Assembly (NCBI GenBank): GCA_964016885.1
Contig: OZ024747.1
Span: 23,870,001 to 23,934,000 of the forward strand
Direction of reading: 5' to 3'
From: Eledone cirrhosa
Lineage: Eukaryota
Length of the DNA stretch: 64,000 nucleotides
Under the pieces are notes generated by a model that was given only the letters and a program-made list of their open reading frames with translations, had not been told where the DNA came from and searched no databases. A program made the position numbers and the translations under genes. Of this stretch, positions 60,349 to 64,000 are shown in pieces. The stretch's first letter is position 1. Every line of letters begins with the position of its first letter.

Positions 60349-60393
60349 AGTCATAGTTCTTTCGTCACACACTCTGTGACCTCTTCAGTGACT
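60349..60393 (-). ncRNA. Minimal type I hammerhead-ribozyme-like motif
   Basis: AGTCA CTGAAGA G GTCAC-loop-GTGAC GAAA GAAC TA TGACT. Confidence 0.6.
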
Positions 60394-60451
60394 GGGGATT
60401 TCTTTCTTCGTTTCTGTGCCTTTCCTTTCTTCTATCCTACGCCAAAATGGT

Positions 60452-62825
60452 GAGGTGTTCAGGATTGCCAGGCAATGTGTCAAGGAAAACCGTGATATTG
60501 TCGGGGAGAAGTGTGTACTTAACGATGATGGCATACTTGCCATCACCGACGCTGATAAGAAGGTAGCTTGGAAGTGTCACTACGAAAGGCTTCTAAATGA
60601 GGAGAACAAATGGGAGAAAGACAGTCTCCCCCAGATCGATCCAATAGAGGGACCAGCAGTGTTAGTTGAAGGTAGTATAATAAGTAAGGCAATCAAAGAT
60701 ATGAAGACGGGTAAGGCGGCTGGGCCTTCGGAAATAGTTGCTGAGATGCTGAAGGCATCTGGTTCGGTGGGACACACCATGGTCACCCGGATAGTTAACC
60801 AAGTCGTACAGAATGGGGTTGTTCCGAAGGAATGGCGTAGCAGCATCATCGTTAACTGCTATAAGGGAAAAGGAGATGCCCTAGATAGGAGTAACTATAG
60901 AGGCATTAAATTAATCGACCAGGTCATGAAGGTCACGGAAAAAGTAATAGCGCAACTAATCAGAGAGAGAATTGATCTAGATGAAATGCAGTTCGGGTTT
61001 GTGTCAGGCAAAAGTACCACAGACGCTCTTTTCATTGTACGACAACTACAGGAGAAGTACCTAGCTAAAAGTAAACCCCTATACTTAGCTTTCGTCGACT
61101 TGGAGAAAGCCTTCGACAGAGTCCCCCGTTCCATTATCTGGTGGTCTCTTAGAAAACTAGGTGTTGACGAATGGCTTGTGAGAGCTATACAAGCCATGTA
61201 TAAAGAAACAGTCAGTAAGGTTAGAATTAACAACGAATATAGTGAAGAGTTTAGCGTAAAAGTTGGTGTCCATCAGGGCTCTGTTCTTAGCCCCCTACTA
61301 TTTATTATTGCCCTTCAGGCTATAACAGAGGAGTTCAAGACCGGCTGCCCATGGGAACTCCTATACGCAGATGATCTAACGCTCATAGCTGAATCAATGA
61401 CCGAACTAGAGAAGAAATTCCAAACGTGGAAGCACGGCCTAGAATCAAAAGGCCTTAAAATTAACCTGGCTAAGACTAAAGTTCTAGTTTGTAGGAAAGA
61501 AAATAAGGCGGCGGTCCCATCGGGGAAATGGCCATGCTCAGTGTGTAGGAAAGGCGTAGGTAGAAACTCCATTTTATGTCCCAAATGCAAAGTATGGGTG
61601 CATAAAAGATGTAGTGGGATCACAGGTAAGCTAACTAAGAACATAGATTTTACATGTGGCCGGTGCTCTGGTGCAATAAGTAGCAGCAAGTGCCCACAAA
61701 ATACTAGCTCCTTCAACTGCGCAGAGGGTTCTATAGAAATAGTGGACAGCTTCCGTTATCTGGGTGACAAAATCAGCAGTGGGGGAGGGTGCTCTGAAAG
61801 TACAGTAGCTAGAGTCAGAACTGGATGGAAAAAGTTCAGAGAGCTTATACCACTATTAGCCGCTAGAGGGTTCTCCCTAAAAATGAAAGGCAGGTTATAC
61901 GATGCCTGCATACGAACATCAATGCTGCATGGCAGTGAGACCTGGGCATTGTGTGCAGAGGATATACGCAGACTAGAGAGGAACGAAGCTTGCATGCTCC
62001 GCTGGATGTGTAACAGTAATATACGTGAACGGCAAAGCATAAACGAACTAAGGAAAAAATTAGAAATAAGAGGGATCAGATGTTGTTTACTCGAGAGAAG
62101 GCTACGTTGGTACGGTCACGTGATGCGCATGAAAGACGACAGCTGTATAACAAAGTGCAGGGCAATAAAGATAGACGGTAGCCACGGAGTAGGCAGACCC
62201 AGAAAAACATGGGACGAGCTGATAAATTCCGACCTCACACGCTTACACCTCTCCAAGACAATGTCACTGGACCGAGACCTTTGGCGGTACTCAGTAATAG
62301 AGAAGACCCGCCTTACCTAAATACAAAGTAAAAACCTACTACAGTCAGTAGGCATCTCTATCAAAACACACCCCCGTCCCACCACCCTCCACCCCACCCA
62401 CACCGCCCCTTTCAATGTAAAGTTATGTTGGTCCCACAACATCCAGGCCGAAACAAATGAGATCGTGTAGGTGTCACGACAAAAAACACACAGTCCACGC
62501 TGTAAATGTGGCCGTGTAGGCAACACGGTAAAAACCTCCCAGCCCCACACTGTAAATGTGGTTGGTGTTAGGAAGGGCATCCAGCTGTAGAAAACCCGCC
62601 AGACAGTCCACGCTGTAATGTGGCCGTGTAGGCAACATGGTAAAAACCTCCCAGCCCCACACTGTAAATGTGGTTGGTGTTAGGAAGGGCATCCAACTGT
62701 AGAAAACCCGCCAGACAGTCCTATGCGAGCAAGACAACCACTCTTGCCTCAAGTGGGAAAACCCCCGTCCAAACCCATGCAAGCGTGGAACACGGACGCT
62801 AAACCTGATGATGATGATGATGATG

Positions 62826-62826
<1 letters not shown>
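60452..62826 (+). mobile_element. 5'-truncated RTE-clade LINE with uninterrupted RT-to-C-terminus ORF
   Basis: ORF open to 62320 with complete RT and YADD; no endonuclease domain in view; (GAT)n tail. Confidence 0.96.
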
Positions 62827-62904
<78 letters not shown>

Positions 62905-62933
62905 CATATATATATACATATATATATATACAC

Positions 62934-62966
<33 letters not shown>

Positions 62967-62987
62967 CACATATATATATATATACAC

Positions 62988-63084
<97 letters not shown>

Positions 63085-63175
63085 AATATACATATATATA
63101 TATATATACACATATATATATATATATACACATATATATATAAATATATATATATACATATATATATATATACAC

Positions 63176-63260
<85 letters not shown>

Positions 63261-63300
63261 CACATATATATATATATATACATATATATATACACATACA
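62827..63300. repeat. (TA)n/(TACA) compound microsatellite between two LINE tails
   Basis: Directly visible. Confidence 0.98.
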
Positions 63301-64000
63301 TACTCTTTTACTCTTTTACCTGTTTCAGCCATCCGGCTGAGGCCATGCTGGGGCACCGCCCTTGTTGCTACACATTTTATCTCCAGCCTGTATAGGTTGG
63401 CCACTGGTGTAGGAGGGAGTTTGTTGCTGCTGCCCTTAGGTTTCCCTCGTGTCTTGCTGTGGGCTCATCCGGGATCCTGGATAACAAGGTGTCGAGATGT
63501 TTCTTAAAGACATCCACCTCCACGTCATGCAAGTCTCGCAGATGCCTCGGCAGCCTGTTGAAGAGTTGAGGGCCCTTGAATCCCAGGCTATTGCAATACC
63601 TGCTCCTTATTCTAGATGTGGAAGACGGGACCTTTGGCACCACACAGTGACGTCCTGTTCAACGGTTGGTCCAGCTCCCAATGCCAAAGTTTGGTGCTAG
63701 TCCCTCCAGGATTTTCCACATGTAGATCACTGCGTATCACTCCCGTCTTCGCTCCAAGGAGTAGAGGTTCAGTTCCTTCAGCCTCTCCCAGTAGCTTGTC
63801 TCCCTCATCTTGGCAATCCTCTTGGTGTAGCTTCGCTGGATTGCCTCAAGCTCTGTGGTTAGTTTGACACTATGGGGTGACCACAGCTGGGAGCAGTAGT
63901 CCAGGCGGCTTAGGACAAAAGTCCTCCACAGTGTCAACATGGTGTCTCGATCTCTTGTAAGGAAAGTCCTCAAGATCCAGCCAGCGAATCGTCTACATGC
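63301..64000 (-). mobile_element. CR1/L2-group LINE 3' end
   Basis: VLSRLDYCSQLWSP...LEAIQRSYTKRI...YWERLKELNLYSLERRRE; (AAAAGAGT)n tail. Confidence 0.9.

Overview
AT-rich, intron-rich eukaryotic genomic DNA. The (TA)n/(TACA)n load and the SINE/RTE repertoire suggest an octopus-like cephalopod (inference). Three spliced genes can be rebuilt with GT-AG boundaries and consistent exon phases: HEATR1/UTP10 (- strand, 24 coding exons in view, continuing off the left edge), MRPS18B (+ strand, 6 exons, 181 aa, head-to-head with HEATR1) and TSC1/hamartin (- strand, 21 coding exons, about 1052 aa, tail-to-tail with MRPS18B). Introns hold RTE and CR1-like LINEs, tRNA-type SINEs sharing tails with them, a deleted piggyBac with its MITE family, a deleted Tc1/mariner (maT-like) element, and mini/microsatellites. 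Most unusual observations: (1) a near-perfect inverted copy of TSC1 coding exon 2 with both splice sites, lying in intron 3; (2) four repeats or duplications seeded on real splice sites, including a 128-bp satellite of decoy acceptors; (3) a U6 3'-fragment fused to the head of a SINE; (4) three minimal hammerhead-ribozyme-like motifs; (5) an AG|GTGAGT recursive-type TSC1 exon. All coordinates were read by hand. No database searches were run, so novelty is unverified.
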